Positions 8,596-19,589 of a stretch of DNA of 64,000 nt are shown here, piece by piece. The position numbers and the translations under genes were made by a program. Under the pieces are notes generated by a model that made no database searches, was not told where the DNA came from, and saw only the letters and a list, made by a program, of their open reading frames with translations. This DNA is from Bacteroidota bacterium. Lineage in GTDB: Bacteria; Bacteroidota; Bacteroidia; 2-12-FULL-35-15. The number at the start of each line of letters is the position of its first letter. The first letter of the stretch is position 1. The DNA lies in contig JAQZBR010000003.1 in the NCBI GenBank assembly GCA_029237775.1, positions 210,599-274,598 of the forward strand. The letters are read 5' to 3'.

Positions 8596-9468
8596 CTAAC
8601 CTAATGAACTTAAGAGGTCCTTTAATTCTTCACTCTTATCAGGATATCCAAGCTTTTCATACGAAGAGATCAGATTTCGGAGAAGTCTTTTAATGATCTC
8701 AAGGTTTGAGCAGGGTTCATAAAAGATGGGAAGCGACTCTAGCTTTAATTGTTTCAGGAATGCATCGATCTCTTTTCTTCCGAAAACCGCGCCTTTACTG
8801 AAAGGATTGATGTAGAACAAAACATTGCTGTTGCTGTCATCGATCATTTCGGGAAGCACATCATGGTCAGCATTTGTATAACATAAAATAAAGTGCTCCG
8901 GAAGGTTCACTCCATAAATAGGTATGTCGAGCGATTGCGCCAGGATAGTATAAATTATCGAAAGGAGTAGAGGATTTCCTTTTTTGCTTTCCAGTACATT
9001 ATTGATGTAGGAATTTTGAGGAGCGTGATAGTTTGTGGTATTGCCGCTGAAATTATGTACATCAAAGAGAATGTGATTGATGATCTTTACTTTTTCAAGG
9101 GCTGTCAGCTCATCATTCAATTCAAGCCAGATATCCTGTTTGATCTGGCTGATCTGTTTCTTTACTTTTTCAAAATCTATATCAGGATATTGGTATCGGG
9201 CTACCAACAATGCTCCGTCAAGAAGATTTTGATTATCCGGTGCCGACCATTTCTTCAACTCGTTGGCAATCAAGTCGAACTGGATTTTATGGATGATATT
9301 CTCGATCCTGTTCTGGATGAGAGTATCGAAACAATGTTCCCAGGCAGCTTCCAGCTCAGGAATTACCATGGGCCCCATGGATAAAAGCTTCATACTTATC
9401 TCCTGATATACGGATTCATCCGGATCATCAAGCAAGCTGATAAGTGCATTAAGTTCCTGTTTATTCAT
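8596..9468 (-). CDS. SirB1/transglutaminase-like domain protein
   Basis: NSYINNVLESKKGNPLLLS, GVNLPEHF, YINPF. Start moved to MNKQEL, downstream of a TAnnTTTG box at 9487-9494. Confidence 0.8.
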   Translation of the reverse strand: MNKQELNALISLLDDPDESVYQEISMKLLSMGPMVIPELEAAWEHCFDTLIQNRIENIIHKIQFDLIANELKKWSAPDNQNLLDGALLVARYQYPDIDFEKVKKQISQIKQDIWLELNDELTALEKVKIINHILFDVHNFSGNTTNYHAPQNSYINNVLESKKGNPLLLSIIYTILAQSLDIPIYGVNLPEHFILCYTNADHDVLPEMIDDSNSNVLFYINPFSKGAVFGRKEIDAFLKQLKLESLPIFYEPCSNLEIIKRLLRNLISSYEKLGYPDKSEELKDLLSSLG

Positions 9469-9542
9469 GTTGGGAAACTGTTTCCACAAAAATAGATGCA
9501 GGATTTGGGGTATTTGTCGGGGCCCCCAAGAAGATTTCAACC

Positions 9543-10418
9543 TTACTTTGTTAATCTCTCCAGTACAAGCTGTATTAATTGCTCCACTGCCGCATGGTAA
9601 TTCTTGCTATATTGTTTAGCCACCCTATTGGCTATAATAGCACAAACGGTGCAAGTTTCGTGCCCCAGCAGCCCGCCTAAACCATACAATGCGGAGGTCT
9701 CCATTTCGAAGTTTGTGATGCGGTGATCCTGATGGTAAAAATCAGTCAATTGTTGATTAAAATCCTCCACCCAGGGTGTTAAACGTAACTTTCTTCCCTG
9801 CGGACCATAAAATCCCGGTGCGGTTGCGGTGATTCCTTTTCTGAGATCGAAGCCGATCTTATTGATCAGTTTTTCTGAACCTTTGATCGCGTAAGGAAAA
9901 GGCAGATTCTGATGCCAGTTGGTTTGCTTGATGAAAGCGTCTGAGATAGAGAAGTCGTTTATCTTAGGCAGATCCGCATAATAATTCAATAACCCGTCAA
10001 AACCGAGACCGTGAGAGGAAACAATAAAGCTGTCAACCGGGATATCTTCCTGTAATGCTCCTGATGTGCCTATGCGGACGATATTCAATGCAGTGTGCTC
10101 TTTTTTTACTGTCCTTGTTTTAAGATCAATGTTTACTGCCGCATCAAGCTCATGGATAAGAATATCTATATTGTCGGTTCCAATTCCTGAAGAGAGCACC
10201 ATAACCCGCTTGCCTTTATAAGTCCCGCCATGCGTAATGAATTCACGGTTCTGGATCTTATAATCAATAGAATCAAAATATTTCGAAACAGTTTCAACCC
10301 TTCCCTGATCACCTACAATTATGACATTTTCTGCAATATGTTCCGGCAAGAGCTGTAAATGATAAACACTGCCGTTCGCATTTAAAATAAGTTCTGTTTC
10401 TGCTATGATATTGCTCAT
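9543..10418 (-). CDS. Nucleoside phosphorylase (PNP/UDP family, uridine phosphorylase-like)
   Basis: VGDQGRV, GIGTDNIDI, RIGTSG, GFYGPQGR, NFEMETS. Confidence 0.87.
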   Translation of the reverse strand: MSNIIAETELILNANGSVYHLQLLPEHIAENVIIVGDQGRVETVSKYFDSIDYKIQNREFITHGGTYKGKRVMVLSSGIGTDNIDILIHELDAAVNIDLKTRTVKKEHTALNIVRIGTSGALQEDIPVDSFIVSSHGLGFDGLLNYYADLPKINDFSISDAFIKQTNWHQNLPFPYAIKGSEKLINKIGFDLRKGITATAPGFYGPQGRKLRLTPWVEDFNQQLTDFYHQDHRITNFEMETSALYGLGGLLGHETCTVCAIIANRVAKQYSKNYHAAVEQLIQLVLERLTK

Positions 10419-10512
10419 ATTTAAAAGATTAAAATAAGGTGGATCAGATTTGTTATATAGTAAATAAATAGTTTAATTTGTGTGAACACAGACCACAAAA
10501 GTATTCAATTTT

Positions 10513-11400
10513 ATGACTACATCCAGCAATAAGATTCTTGTGCCTATAGATTTTTCAGAGCAGTCATTGATCGCTTTGGAACAGTCCTATAACCTCGCAC
10601 GGGAGTATCATGCAGAAATAACTTTACTTCATGTGATTGAAGAAGCAGGAGTGCTTTCTAAATTGTTTTCAAAAGAACAACATGATGATCTGAAAAAGAA
10701 CATGAAAGAGCGCTTAGATGAGTTGGCTTCCGCAGAAAGCAAGAAAGCGAAACTCACTATAAGTACATTGGTAGCACGTGGGTCTGTATACGAAAAGATC
10801 AATGAAGTTGCTGAGCTGATCAATGCAGGGATGATCATTATGGGAACCAATGGAGATGAAGGTTTGAAAAAACGCTTTATCGGATCAAATGCGTTGCGGG
10901 TGGTTCGTGAATCAAAAATTCCCGTTATTACAATTAAAGGTAAACATCATCGTAAAGGCTGTAAAAATATTGTCCTGCCGCTCGACCTCTCAAAGGAAAC
11001 CCGTGAAAAAGTAACCAAGGCGATCGAGTTGTCGAAACTTTTTGGCGGAGCTACCATACGTGTTGTATCAGTGTTATTCACTACGGACGAGTTTGTAGTG
11101 AACCGGATCACACGTCAATTGGGACAAGTGAAATCTTTCCTTGAAAAGGAAAATGTTGAATGCAGCGCTGAAATTATCAAAGGAATAAAGGGAGAGGAAA
11201 CACTTGCTCAGAATATTCTTGAGTACGCTCAAAAGGTAGAGGGAGATCTCATCATGATCATGACTCAGCAGGAGGTTGACTTTACGCTATATTTTATCGG
11301 TTCATCAGCTCAGGAGATAATTAATCATTCACCTATCCCGGTTCTCAGTATCCGCCCTGTTTTCAGGAAAGACACTACATCATTTCCTAATCCATACTAA
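10513..11400 (+). CDS. Universal stress protein (two Usp domains)
   Basis: ILVPIDFS, IIMGTNG..G...FIGSNA..VV, second domain GSSAQEIINHS. Confidence 0.9.
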   Translation: MTTSSNKILVPIDFSEQSLIALEQSYNLAREYHAEITLLHVIEEAGVLSKLFSKEQHDDLKKNMKERLDELASAESKKAKLTISTLVARGSVYEKINEVAELINAGMIIMGTNGDEGLKKRFIGSNALRVVRESKIPVITIKGKHHRKGCKNIVLPLDLSKETREKVTKAIELSKLFGGATIRVVSVLFTTDEFVVNRITRQLGQVKSFLEKENVECSAEIIKGIKGEETLAQNILEYAQKVEGDLIMIMTQQEVDFTLYFIGSSAQEIINHSPIPVLSIRPVFRKDTTSFPNPY

Positions 11401-11429
11401 GGTTTTAAAAATATTTTTATCTGAAATTT

Positions 11430-12311
11430 ATGAAAACATTTAATCCAAGAAAGATCCTTATTCCTGTAGATTTTTCGGAAACATCCATGATCGCAATAGA
11501 ACATGCGGCATTTATGGCGCAGCTGTTCAAAGCAGAGCTTGTATTGTTGCATGTTGTTGAAAAGCACTGGGAAAAATTCAGTGTTGTGGCTCCAGAAATG
11601 AGAGTGGAAGCTCCAAGCGACCTGATCAACTCTATTGAAAAAAGACTGGAGGAAACCGCAGGTGATATCAGGGAGAAATACGGTGTGACCTCAGTTTGTA
11701 TGACATCTGATGGCGCTATTTATTCGGAAGTAATTTCTGTTGCAAAAGAGCATAATGTTGATCTTATTGTTATGGGAACTCACGGGACTTCCGGAATTGT
11801 TGAATTTTTTATCGGAAGCAATGCATACAAAGTCGTCACTGAATCCACTTGTCCCGTTTTAACTGTGAGAGCTTATTCAAATAAGTTAGGATTTAAAAAC
11901 ATTGTATTGCCTGTTGACGATTCAATACATTCGCGTCAGAAGGTTAATCACGCAATTGTGCTGGCGAAACAATTTGCCGCTAAAATCCACATCCTCGGAT
12001 TGTCTGATTCAGAAGACGAAGGCGAAATAAAGCATTTCGAAAAGAAGATTGATGGGATTGCTGATTACCTTACGAAGTGCAATATCCAATTTTCACGTAA
12101 AACGATCAATGGCGGCAATCAGGCCAAGGTGTCCTATGATTATGCGAAGACAGTTAATGCAGATCTGATTGTGATCATGACAGATCAGGACGAAAATATT
12201 ACCGGACGTTTACTCGGAACATACGCGCAACAGGTTGTAAATCACTCTAAGATTCCTGTGTTAAGCATTCAGCCGGTGATTGCAAACATACCTTTTGTAC
12301 TGCCATACTAA
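11430..12311 (+). CDS. Universal stress protein (two Usp domains), tandem paralog
   Basis: ILIPVDFS, DLIVMGTHG.SG..EFFIGSNA. Confidence 0.9.
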   Translation: MKTFNPRKILIPVDFSETSMIAIEHAAFMAQLFKAELVLLHVVEKHWEKFSVVAPEMRVEAPSDLINSIEKRLEETAGDIREKYGVTSVCMTSDGAIYSEVISVAKEHNVDLIVMGTHGTSGIVEFFIGSNAYKVVTESTCPVLTVRAYSNKLGFKNIVLPVDDSIHSRQKVNHAIVLAKQFAAKIHILGLSDSEDEGEIKHFEKKIDGIADYLTKCNIQFSRKTINGGNQAKVSYDYAKTVNADLIVIMTDQDENITGRLLGTYAQQVVNHSKIPVLSIQPVIANIPFVLPY

Positions 12312-12328
12312 TTAAGTTTATAAAACAG

Positions 12329-12362
12329 AAAAGCCCGATGTAAAAAACATCAGGCTTTTTTG
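12329..12362. terminator. Bidirectional terminator
   Basis: aaaagcccgatg...catcaggctttt hairpin between convergent genes. Confidence 0.75.
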
Positions 12363-12372
12363 ATTTATCAAT

Positions 12373-15300
12373 TTACTGTTTAGTGAATTTCGAGGTGATG
12401 AGTTTTTGCTCCGATGTTAAAGCCTTGATAATATAAACTCCTTTCGCCATAACATCGAGTGAGATTGGTTTATTGCTGAGCAGGTTTTCCGAATTGTAAA
12501 TTACATCTCCAAGAATGTTATAGATAATTAACGAATTCACGTTCTCGGAAAATGCAATGTTAATTGAGTTTCCTGTGGTTGGATTCGGATAAGCATTTAC
12601 AAATGTTTCAGCCATTTGGTTATTATCAATTGAAATAATTTCAGAATAAGAAAATTCACCGTTATAATCTATTTGTTTTAAGCGGTAGTAATTAATCGTC
12701 CGTTCAGGATATTTGTCCATGTAATTATAATTGAGCATTGAAGTGGAGTTGCCGCTTCCGTCTATGCTTGCAATCTTTTCAAATGAATAAACATTGTTTC
12801 CTCTCTCCAGCTCAAAATGGTCGTTGTTAGTTTCACTCGCTGTTGACCAATTGATCAAATTACCATTGGTGGTAGCTTTTCCATCAAACACAGTAAGCTC
12901 GATCGGAAGAGGGTTTGAAGCCCCCGGAGCCCCGAAAGTAAAATACGGATATGTAGAAGAGAATGTGGTAATAGTTGCATTGCTTTGAATGGAACCTGCA
13001 GTAACCAAAGGGCTTGTTCCCTCAGCATACCATTTTGGACCTGCCGCCCTGTAATGGGCAACACGGAGGTCTGATGAAAGGGCAGAGGAAATCCCGCTGA
13101 ACGTAGCATCTTCCCAATATAATTTTACCTGTCCGTTTGTTACGCCTGCGGTACGGTTAAGATACCAGTATTCTTTATAGCTAAGAACTTTGATGTTTGG
13201 CCTGTTCAGTGTGCTGTCAGCAAACGATGAGGGATCTGCATAAGTGTGCGGATCACGTTTAAAGTATTCAGCAGTGAATGCTAATGCAGTATTTGTTGCT
13301 GAAGGAATAAACCCAATTCTTGCCCATTTAGCTGTATCTCCGGTAGGAAATATGAATTCGGTCCCTAAAGTGAAACCAATTTTGCTGATAGGCCCGTCAA
13401 CAAATGATAGTGCTGAGCCACCTGTCGGTGATATAACAGCTCCTGTATCGATAGTGATCAGATTTGTTGAGGTGGTTATAAGTCTGCCAGCTGTGAGATA
13501 CAAAGATCCCCCGTTGCTGATGCTCATTGATTGTGATAATGAAACTCCGGCAGTTGCCAGTGCAGTTGAGTTATTGATTGTCAGGATTCCGGTGAGGACG
13601 GTCGGAAGGCCGTTCCCGGTTACCTGGGCTGTTCCCGCATTAAAAGTATAATTGGCATCAGAAGGTAAGGTTCTCGTTCCGCTGCTCTGAATCGAACCTG
13701 TTGCCCCACTAGTTGATATTCCATCAGGATGTTTAGTAAGTAAGGTCGCAGAAGAATTCAATATGAAATTACCGCTACCGCTGGCTGCGTCTGTTAACGG
13801 ATTTATGCCCATTGCAAGACTCGCATTGGATAAAACATTTATAGTTCCCGATACCTGAAGGGTACCGTCTACAGTAAAGTCAGTTGATGTACTTGATGTA
13901 TTTTCATTAACATTAAAAATGGTCCCCTGATTAATCACAAAAATTTTTGAGGATGAGATGGATACATTGCCTGCAGAGGAAGTTTGTGTGTTGAATGTTA
14001 TCGCTTTTCCGACAGCAAAGCCAATACTTTCCAATGTTTGAACAGATGTCCCGATTGCGTAAATGGTAGCAGATTGAGTTCCGGTCTTAGTAATGATCCC
14101 GCCCGTATGGGTTAAGTTGCCATTCAAATTAATGGTGCCTGTTCCTCCAGTTCCTGTAGTAAATACAGATTGAGTGAGATCCAGTGTCCCACCTGTGATA
14201 TTAAGGTTTCCGGTTGTTAAAGCGCAGGATGAGCTTCCAAAGTTGGTGGCTCCGGCAGTAAGTGCCAATGAAGCAGTGCCACTGATATTAAGGCTGCCTG
14301 TGACCGCCAGATTATTTCCGGTTGTGTTTTTCAGGATCAGAGAATATCCTCCTGTGTTTTGAACGCTAAAACTTCCTAAACAAGTTTTTAAGACCCCGTT
14401 AAGATTTATATTGCCCGGCTGCGTGGAATTGTTCCATATGATATTTCCAAAAGAAATTGTACTTGGAACGGTAGTCGCAGTTGGTAATACTGTTCCATCA
14501 CCAAATGCCAGTATTTCACAAGTGGATGCAGCATCCCAGGTTGCATAAGGAAGTATGTAGCCTGTAGTAGGTAGTGCAAGTAAACTGCTATAGTTATGTT
14601 GGTACAGACTATTCGCATTAAATTTAAACGCTCCTGAAGATGTGTTAGTTATAGTCCCTGAGTTTCGAAGGGTTGAGGATGCATTATTAACAAAACAGTT
14701 TGCTGTAGTGGCGATATTCTGAATTATTCCGGCATTATTTATTATTCCTGAATTAGTAACCTTTCCCGTGGTTGTGGTAGCTGTATTTACATTTAATGTC
14801 CCCGAGGATAAATTATTGAAGGTTCCATTGTTTGTAAAGGTTTTCGCGGTAGCAATAGTGAAAACTCCTGCGTTATTAATAGTTCCGCCAGCTGCATTTG
14901 AACAAATATTGTTTTGTAAGAATGTTCCGTTTACATTGGTTGTGCCATTATTGGCGAGAGCACCACTATTTGTGAAAGTAATACCGGCAGCGATGTTTAA
15001 TGTGCTGTTATTTGTGATAGTCCCTGTTGCTGAGACTGAGCCCGCGCTATTAATATTCAGGTTCGAATTGTTATTTAACGTGCCGGCAACTGTGATCGTT
15101 GAAGAGTTCGTGATTGTTCCGCTGTTTGAAGTAACACTGCCTGAAATTAAGCTCAGGGTTCCGTTAATATTCAGGTTTCCACTTATGATTGAAAGATCTG
15201 TTGCATTTGTACCGTTAGGAATTGTCAACGTAATTGCAGAAGCAACAGTGAGTGTTCCACCATTAACAGTAATGAAGCCCTCAGAAATATTAGCGCTTAC

Positions 15301-15546
15301 TGTAACATTTGTACCGGATTGAATATAGATCGTTCCCGAGATGTAATTTGTTGGGGGAGCAACATTAGCTCCAGTCGCTGCCCATGTTCCTGCACTGGTG
15401 CATTTCTGCCATGTAGAAGCAGCATTCCAGTTTCCTGTCGCCACCGACTGATAATCACCTACGTTTTGAGAGCTTGCAAAACTAAAGATAAAAGAAACGA
15501 ATAAGAATGTTAAGAATACATTTTTATCTGAAAGGCGATTCTTCAT
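12373..15546 (-). CDS. Large beta-helix-like surface protein with T9SS type A sorting domain
   Basis: Signal peptide from MKNRLSDK (start moved; -7 box at 15589-15596), G/N/T-rich repeats, NPLPIEL motif, C-terminal YPNP...KGVYIIK. Confidence 0.82.
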   Translation of the reverse strand: MKNRLSDKNVFLTFLFVSFIFSFASSQNVGDYQSVATGNWNAASTWQKCTSAGTWAATGANVAPPTNYISGTIYIQSGTNVTVSANISEGFITVNGGTLTVASAITLTIPNGTNATDLSIISGNLNINGTLSLISGSVTSNSGTITNSSTITVAGTLNNNSNLNINSAGSVSATGTITNNSTLNIAAGITFTNSGALANNGTTNVNGTFLQNNICSNAAGGTINNAGVFTIATAKTFTNNGTFNNLSSGTLNVNTATTTTGKVTNSGIINNAGIIQNIATTANCFVNNASSTLRNSGTITNTSSGAFKFNANSLYQHNYSSLLALPTTGYILPYATWDAASTCEILAFGDGTVLPTATTVPSTISFGNIIWNNSTQPGNINLNGVLKTCLGSFSVQNTGGYSLILKNTTGNNLAVTGSLNISGTASLALTAGATNFGSSSCALTTGNLNITGGTLDLTQSVFTTGTGGTGTINLNGNLTHTGGIITKTGTQSATIYAIGTSVQTLESIGFAVGKAITFNTQTSSAGNVSISSSKIFVINQGTIFNVNENTSSTSTDFTVDGTLQVSGTINVLSNASLAMGINPLTDAASGSGNFILNSSATLLTKHPDGISTSGATGSIQSSGTRTLPSDANYTFNAGTAQVTGNGLPTVLTGILTINNSTALATAGVSLSQSMSISNGGSLYLTAGRLITTSTNLITIDTGAVISPTGGSALSFVDGPISKIGFTLGTEFIFPTGDTAKWARIGFIPSATNTALAFTAEYFKRDPHTYADPSSFADSTLNRPNIKVLSYKEYWYLNRTAGVTNGQVKLYWEDATFSGISSALSSDLRVAHYRAAGPKWYAEGTSPLVTAGSIQSNATITTFSSTYPYFTFGAPGASNPLPIELTVFDGKATTNGNLINWSTASETNNDHFELERGNNVYSFEKIASIDGSGNSTSMLNYNYMDKYPERTINYYRLKQIDYNGEFSYSEIISIDNNQMAETFVNAYPNPTTGNSINIAFSENVNSLIIYNILGDVIYNSENLLSNKPISLDVMAKGVYIIKALTSEQKLITSKFTKQ

Positions 15547-15634
15547 GTTATTACTGTAAGTTATTCCTGTATAAGTATTTAGGGGAGTCAAAGATAGTCC
15601 AATAAACTTTAACTATAACACTGGTATTGAGAAT

Positions 15635-15669
15635 AAAAAAAGCCTTAAATGTCTGAAATTTAAGGCTTT
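15635..15669 (-). terminator. Terminator after the DUF4197 gene
   Basis: aaagccttaaat / atttaaggcttt stem with an A-run on + (U-tract on -). Confidence 0.8.
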
Positions 15670-15688
15670 AGTTTAGAAAAGTAAGATT

Positions 15689-16447
15689 TTATGGTTTTAC
15701 GCTTCCGAAAACTTTCTTTAAAAGGTCGGTAACCCTTGCTGCAGGATTTTGTCTGATCTTTAATTCTTCATCTGCCAGGAGTTTAAATAAGCCTTGTAAT
15801 GCGCGATCAGTAACATAGGCAGTTAAATCCGGGTTTTGTTTTTGTACTAATGGCACCTTGTTGTATGTCGTTATAATCGGATTCCAGTATTTTGTAAGCT
15901 CCACCTTATTAATTGCATTTTGAATAATCGGCTTGAATTTTTGCACAAGCTCAGCTGTAGTCTTATCTTTAAGATACTGTGTCGCTGCATTGTTTGCCCC
16001 TTTTAAAATTGCAAATCCATCACCGATAGTCATCGCCTTTACTGCATTGATAAACACAGGTGCAGCATCTTTTGCAGCTTCTTCCGCAGCGCGGTTCAGG
16101 GTCATCTCAAATTTAGTAACCTGAGAACTTAACCCTATTTTATTTGCATAGTCCTTCACCTTTTGAGCTTCAGGTGGAAAAGGAATAAAGAGTGCCGGAT
16201 TTTTATAATACCCATCAAGCTTAGATGCAAGAGCCGTTGAATTTTTTGTACCTACAGTCAGAGCTTCTTTTAAACCGTTAATAACTTCCTGATTAGACAG
16301 TGGCTTGGAACCGGTTCCTGTAGTATTCTGATTGATAATATCGTTTGCAGCATTTGCAGCATCTTTCCCAAGCTTTTTCCAATCCTGTGACTGACAGGAA
16401 TTAAGTGAGGTAAGTGCTATCAGTAATAATAAAAAATGTTTTTTCAT
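15689..16447 (-). CDS. DUF4197 family lipoprotein
   Basis: Lipobox LNSC after start moved to MKKHF; GLKEAL, LNRAAEEAA, AT.YL, E..IR.NPAAR.TDLLKKVFG. Confidence 0.85.
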   Translation of the reverse strand: MKKHFLLLLIALTSLNSCQSQDWKKLGKDAANAANDIINQNTTGTGSKPLSNQEVINGLKEALTVGTKNSTALASKLDGYYKNPALFIPFPPEAQKVKDYANKIGLSSQVTKFEMTLNRAAEEAAKDAAPVFINAVKAMTIGDGFAILKGANNAATQYLKDKTTAELVQKFKPIIQNAINKVELTKYWNPIITTYNKVPLVQKQNPDLTAYVTDRALQGLFKLLADEELKIRQNPAARVTDLLKKVFGSVKP

Positions 16448-16460
16448 GATCTTTGAATAT

Positions 16461-17069
16461 TTATTTAATCTCAAAATTCAGGCAGCTTTTGTTTTCTATA
16501 AAGGCTTCCAACCGATCTCCGATTTTAACAGGGCCAACTCCTTCAGGTGTCCCTGTGAAGATCAGATCTCCGGTCTTTAATGTAAAGAACTTCGAAACAT
16601 AGGCTATAACAAAATCAAAAGAAAAAAGTAAATCTTTTGTGTTGCCTCTCTGAACCTCAGTTCCATTCAGATTTAAATGGAAATTAATTTCACCGTTTTT
16701 TAATTCCTCCTTAGAAATGAAGTTTCCAACAGGAGCTGAGCCGTCAAAGGCTTTTGCTTTTTCCCAGGGTAAACCTTTTTCCTTGCATTTAGCCTGAAGA
16801 TCGCGGGCGGTAAAATCAATTCCTATGCCAATTTCATTGTAATACTTATGTGCAAATTCGGGCTGGATATTTTTTCCCGCTTTGGAGATCTTTAATATCA
16901 GCTCTACTTCGTGATGAATATCCTTCGAAAAATCAGGATAATAGAAAGGTTGGTTATCTTTGATCAAAGCGGTATCAGGCTTCAAAAAGAATACAGGTTC
17001 GGACGGAACAGGCGCATTCATTTCTTTTGCATGTTCAGCATAATTTCTTCCAATACAAATAATTTTCAT
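16461..17069 (-). CDS. Fumarylacetoacetate hydrolase family protein
   Basis: KIICIGRNYAEH, HHEVEL, DFTARDLQ, FTGTPEGVG. Confidence 0.9.
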   Translation of the reverse strand: MKIICIGRNYAEHAKEMNAPVPSEPVFFLKPDTALIKDNQPFYYPDFSKDIHHEVELILKISKAGKNIQPEFAHKYYNEIGIGIDFTARDLQAKCKEKGLPWEKAKAFDGSAPVGNFISKEELKNGEINFHLNLNGTEVQRGNTKDLLFSFDFVIAYVSKFFTLKTGDLIFTGTPEGVGPVKIGDRLEAFIENKSCLNFEIK

Positions 17070-17098
17070 TTTGATCAGGATTAAATTGTCACGGTCAG

Positions 17099-17911
17099 CT
17101 ATCTGTTAAAAGCCATCCTTAGCTTGATATCAGTCAGCACTTTCTTAGTGTATAAAGGAAAATCACCGTTCATCATCCATGCATAGTAAGAAGGTTCATC
17201 TTTCAATACCTGTTCCACAGGTTTTCCTGTATGCTTCCCAAAGTTGAATACCTCAATTCCTTTATCATTGAATATGATCCTGCCGGCAAGATCAGCATTC
17301 TTATTAATATTAGTAAACTCATGAAGGGCTTTGATGTCATTCACTATTGGAATGCTTTTATTGCCTTTCTTGTCTTCATATTCCACCCCTTGATATTTTT
17401 CAAGCTGTGCAAGAAATACTTCGTATGTCGCTTCGATATCTGCCTGGGCGCTATGAGCATTGATGATTTCTTTTCCGCAGTAGAATTTATATGCAGCTTT
17501 TAATGTTCGCTGTTCCATCTGATGGAATATATTTTGAACATCGACAAATCTTCTGTTGGAAATATCAAACTCCACTTCAGCTCTCAGGAATTCTTCAACT
17601 AAAATTGGAATGTCAAACTTGTTGGAGTTGTATCCGGCAAGATCACAGTTCTTTAGGAAATCCGCCAAACTTTTGGCAATTCCCTTGAAGGTAGGCTCAT
17701 CTGCTACATCCTTGTCATAAATTCCGTGGATTTCCGAAGATTGAAGAGGGATGGGAATGGTGGGATTTATTTTTTTGGTTTTTATCTCTTTGGTTCCGTC
17801 AGGTGAAATCTTCAGGAAAGAAAGTTCGACAATACGATCAGAGGCTACATTTACTCCTGTGGTTTCTAAATCAAAAAAGGCAATCGGGCGGGTTAAATTC
17901 AGCTGGATCAT
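17099..17911 (-). CDS. DEDDh 3'-5' exonuclease (DNA polymerase III epsilon-like)
   Basis: FFDLETTG, GYNSNKFD, AHSAQADI. Confidence 0.88.
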   Translation of the reverse strand: MIQLNLTRPIAFFDLETTGVNVASDRIVELSFLKISPDGTKEIKTKKINPTIPIPLQSSEIHGIYDKDVADEPTFKGIAKSLADFLKNCDLAGYNSNKFDIPILVEEFLRAEVEFDISNRRFVDVQNIFHQMEQRTLKAAYKFYCGKEIINAHSAQADIEATYEVFLAQLEKYQGVEYEDKKGNKSIPIVNDIKALHEFTNINKNADLAGRIIFNDKGIEVFNFGKHTGKPVEQVLKDEPSYYAWMMNGDFPLYTKKVLTDIKLRMAFNR

Positions 17912-17939
17912 TCAGATTAATAATAAATAAGGATGGATT

Positions 17940-19508
17940 TTATTTTTGAAGCGTAAAGACCTTTTTGCTTTCATTCTGGGCCACTCCGATATCAAAAATA
18001 AAAAAGACTTCTTTGTACGGTTTATAACCTTCAGCTTCAATATTAATCTCGTATTTGCTTGGAGGCAGGGCCATAAGGAACTTTCCCGTTGCCGGATTTG
18101 GATTATATGTATAATCCTGAAGTTCGCTGTTTTTGAGATCCTTGATAGTCACAAATGTTGTCATTTCTTTTTTTGTGCTGTCTGCAGTGTTGATATAGCC
18201 AAGAACGACAGTCATCTTATCCTCCGTATCATTGAATTTGACACGATAAATATCAAGGTCACCAAAACCTCCATCTCTGGCAGCCGAAAGATAAGCAACG
18301 CGGTTATCCTGAGTGAATGAAATACAACGATCATCCCCCGCTGAATTAACAGGGTAGCCTAAATTTTTGGGAGCGCTCCATGTATTCTCTTCTTCGTTCC
18401 AGGTTGTCTGATAAAGATCATAATCACCCATGCCCTCATGTCCTTGAGAAGAAAAATATAGTGTTTTGCCGTCAGGAGCAATTTGTGGGAAATCTTCTTT
18501 GTATTTTGTGTTAACCACATTGCCAAGATTTTGTGCCATTGCCCAAAGGCCGTTTGGCAGTTTTCTTGACATGTAGATATCCGTTTCGCCAAGACCGCCT
18601 TCCCGTTTACTGGCAAAGAAAATGATATTACCGTCAGGTGTAATCGACCCTGCTGTTTCAAAGTCAGAATTAACATTGCTATTGAGCTTCTTCATCCGCT
18701 GAAAAGTTCCATTCTTACTGGTAGAAGAGTAGATGTTTCCAAGACTATCAATATGATCAATGTACATCAGCATCATTTGTCCGTCCGGTGTAAGTCCGAC
18801 CGCCTGCTCATCGTAGCGGGTATTCACCATGGCTCCCATGTTCTTCGGTTTGGTCCAGACATCAGCCTGAGGTGTGGACATGTATATATCCGAAGAATAA
18901 TATCCGTCAACTTCCACCGTTCCACCGATATTGTCTTTTCTGCGTGATGTAAAAATGATAAATGATTCATTAGGTGTAACAAAAGGATAATAATCAGGAT
19001 ATTCAGAATTTATTTCTTTGCCGAGGTTCTGAAAAGAAACATTAACAGGATGCTTCATGAATTCCTTTCCATTATTACACGTTTCAATCTGATGCTGAAC
19101 TTTTTCAAGATCCTTACTTTTAGGCTCAAGTAAAGATTTAAACTTTGTGAATGCCTTTATCGCATCATCGAAACGGGCTGCATACTGATATCCCATTCCC
19201 AGGTCGAACCATATTTCGTTTGGTGCTTTCTCCTGTTTGCTGGCTGTTTCAAGATAAGGGATTGACAGCGACTTGTTAATGTTAGTGTACAGGTAACACA
19301 ATCCGAGTTTATGGTTGTAATCTATATTGGTCGGTTCAATCTTTAGCAACTGCTTGTAAACAGGGATAGCTGCCAGAAAATTGTAGTGTGAAAAATGTTC
19401 TTTTGCTTCACGCGGATCAACAAATTTACCTGTCTGGCCCGTGGTTGTCCCAATGGAGAAAAAGAATACAAAAAAATATAACAGAATATAATAAGTATGT
19501 TTCTTCAC
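17940..19508 (-). CDS. TPR-PD40 beta-propeller protein without OmpA domain (paralog 4 of 4)
   Basis: Start moved to GTG 19508, because the longer ORF runs through the upstream terminator. Signal peptide, TPR, PD40 repeats (NLG..INS.YPDY.P, FTSRR, YFSS.G). Confidence 0.8.
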   Translation of the reverse strand: MKKHTYYILLYFFVFFFSIGTTTGQTGKFVDPREAKEHFSHYNFLAAIPVYKQLLKIEPTNIDYNHKLGLCYLYTNINKSLSIPYLETASKQEKAPNEIWFDLGMGYQYAARFDDAIKAFTKFKSLLEPKSKDLEKVQHQIETCNNGKEFMKHPVNVSFQNLGKEINSEYPDYYPFVTPNESFIIFTSRRKDNIGGTVEVDGYYSSDIYMSTPQADVWTKPKNMGAMVNTRYDEQAVGLTPDGQMMLMYIDHIDSLGNIYSSTSKNGTFQRMKKLNSNVNSDFETAGSITPDGNIIFFASKREGGLGETDIYMSRKLPNGLWAMAQNLGNVVNTKYKEDFPQIAPDGKTLYFSSQGHEGMGDYDLYQTTWNEEENTWSAPKNLGYPVNSAGDDRCISFTQDNRVAYLSAARDGGFGDLDIYRVKFNDTEDKMTVVLGYINTADSTKKEMTTFVTIKDLKNSELQDYTYNPNPATGKFLMALPPSKYEINIEAEGYKPYKEVFFIFDIGVAQNESKKVFTLQK

Positions 19509-19589
19509 GGGATGCTTTGATTTCTTCAGGAAACTCCAAGTTCGGTACCAAAATACAAAAAAAATGTTTTTGTGTTTTGAAAAAAAATA

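Noticed and set aside
10513-12311. Tandem universal stress protein pair
   Set aside because: A common duplication with nothing unexplained
14768-15322. Long antisense ORFs over the T9SS beta-helix genes (also 13244-13651, 31673-32140, 33716-34027)
   Set aside because: Shadow ORFs caused by biased Thr/Gly/Asn/Val codons on the coding strand; no independent motifs
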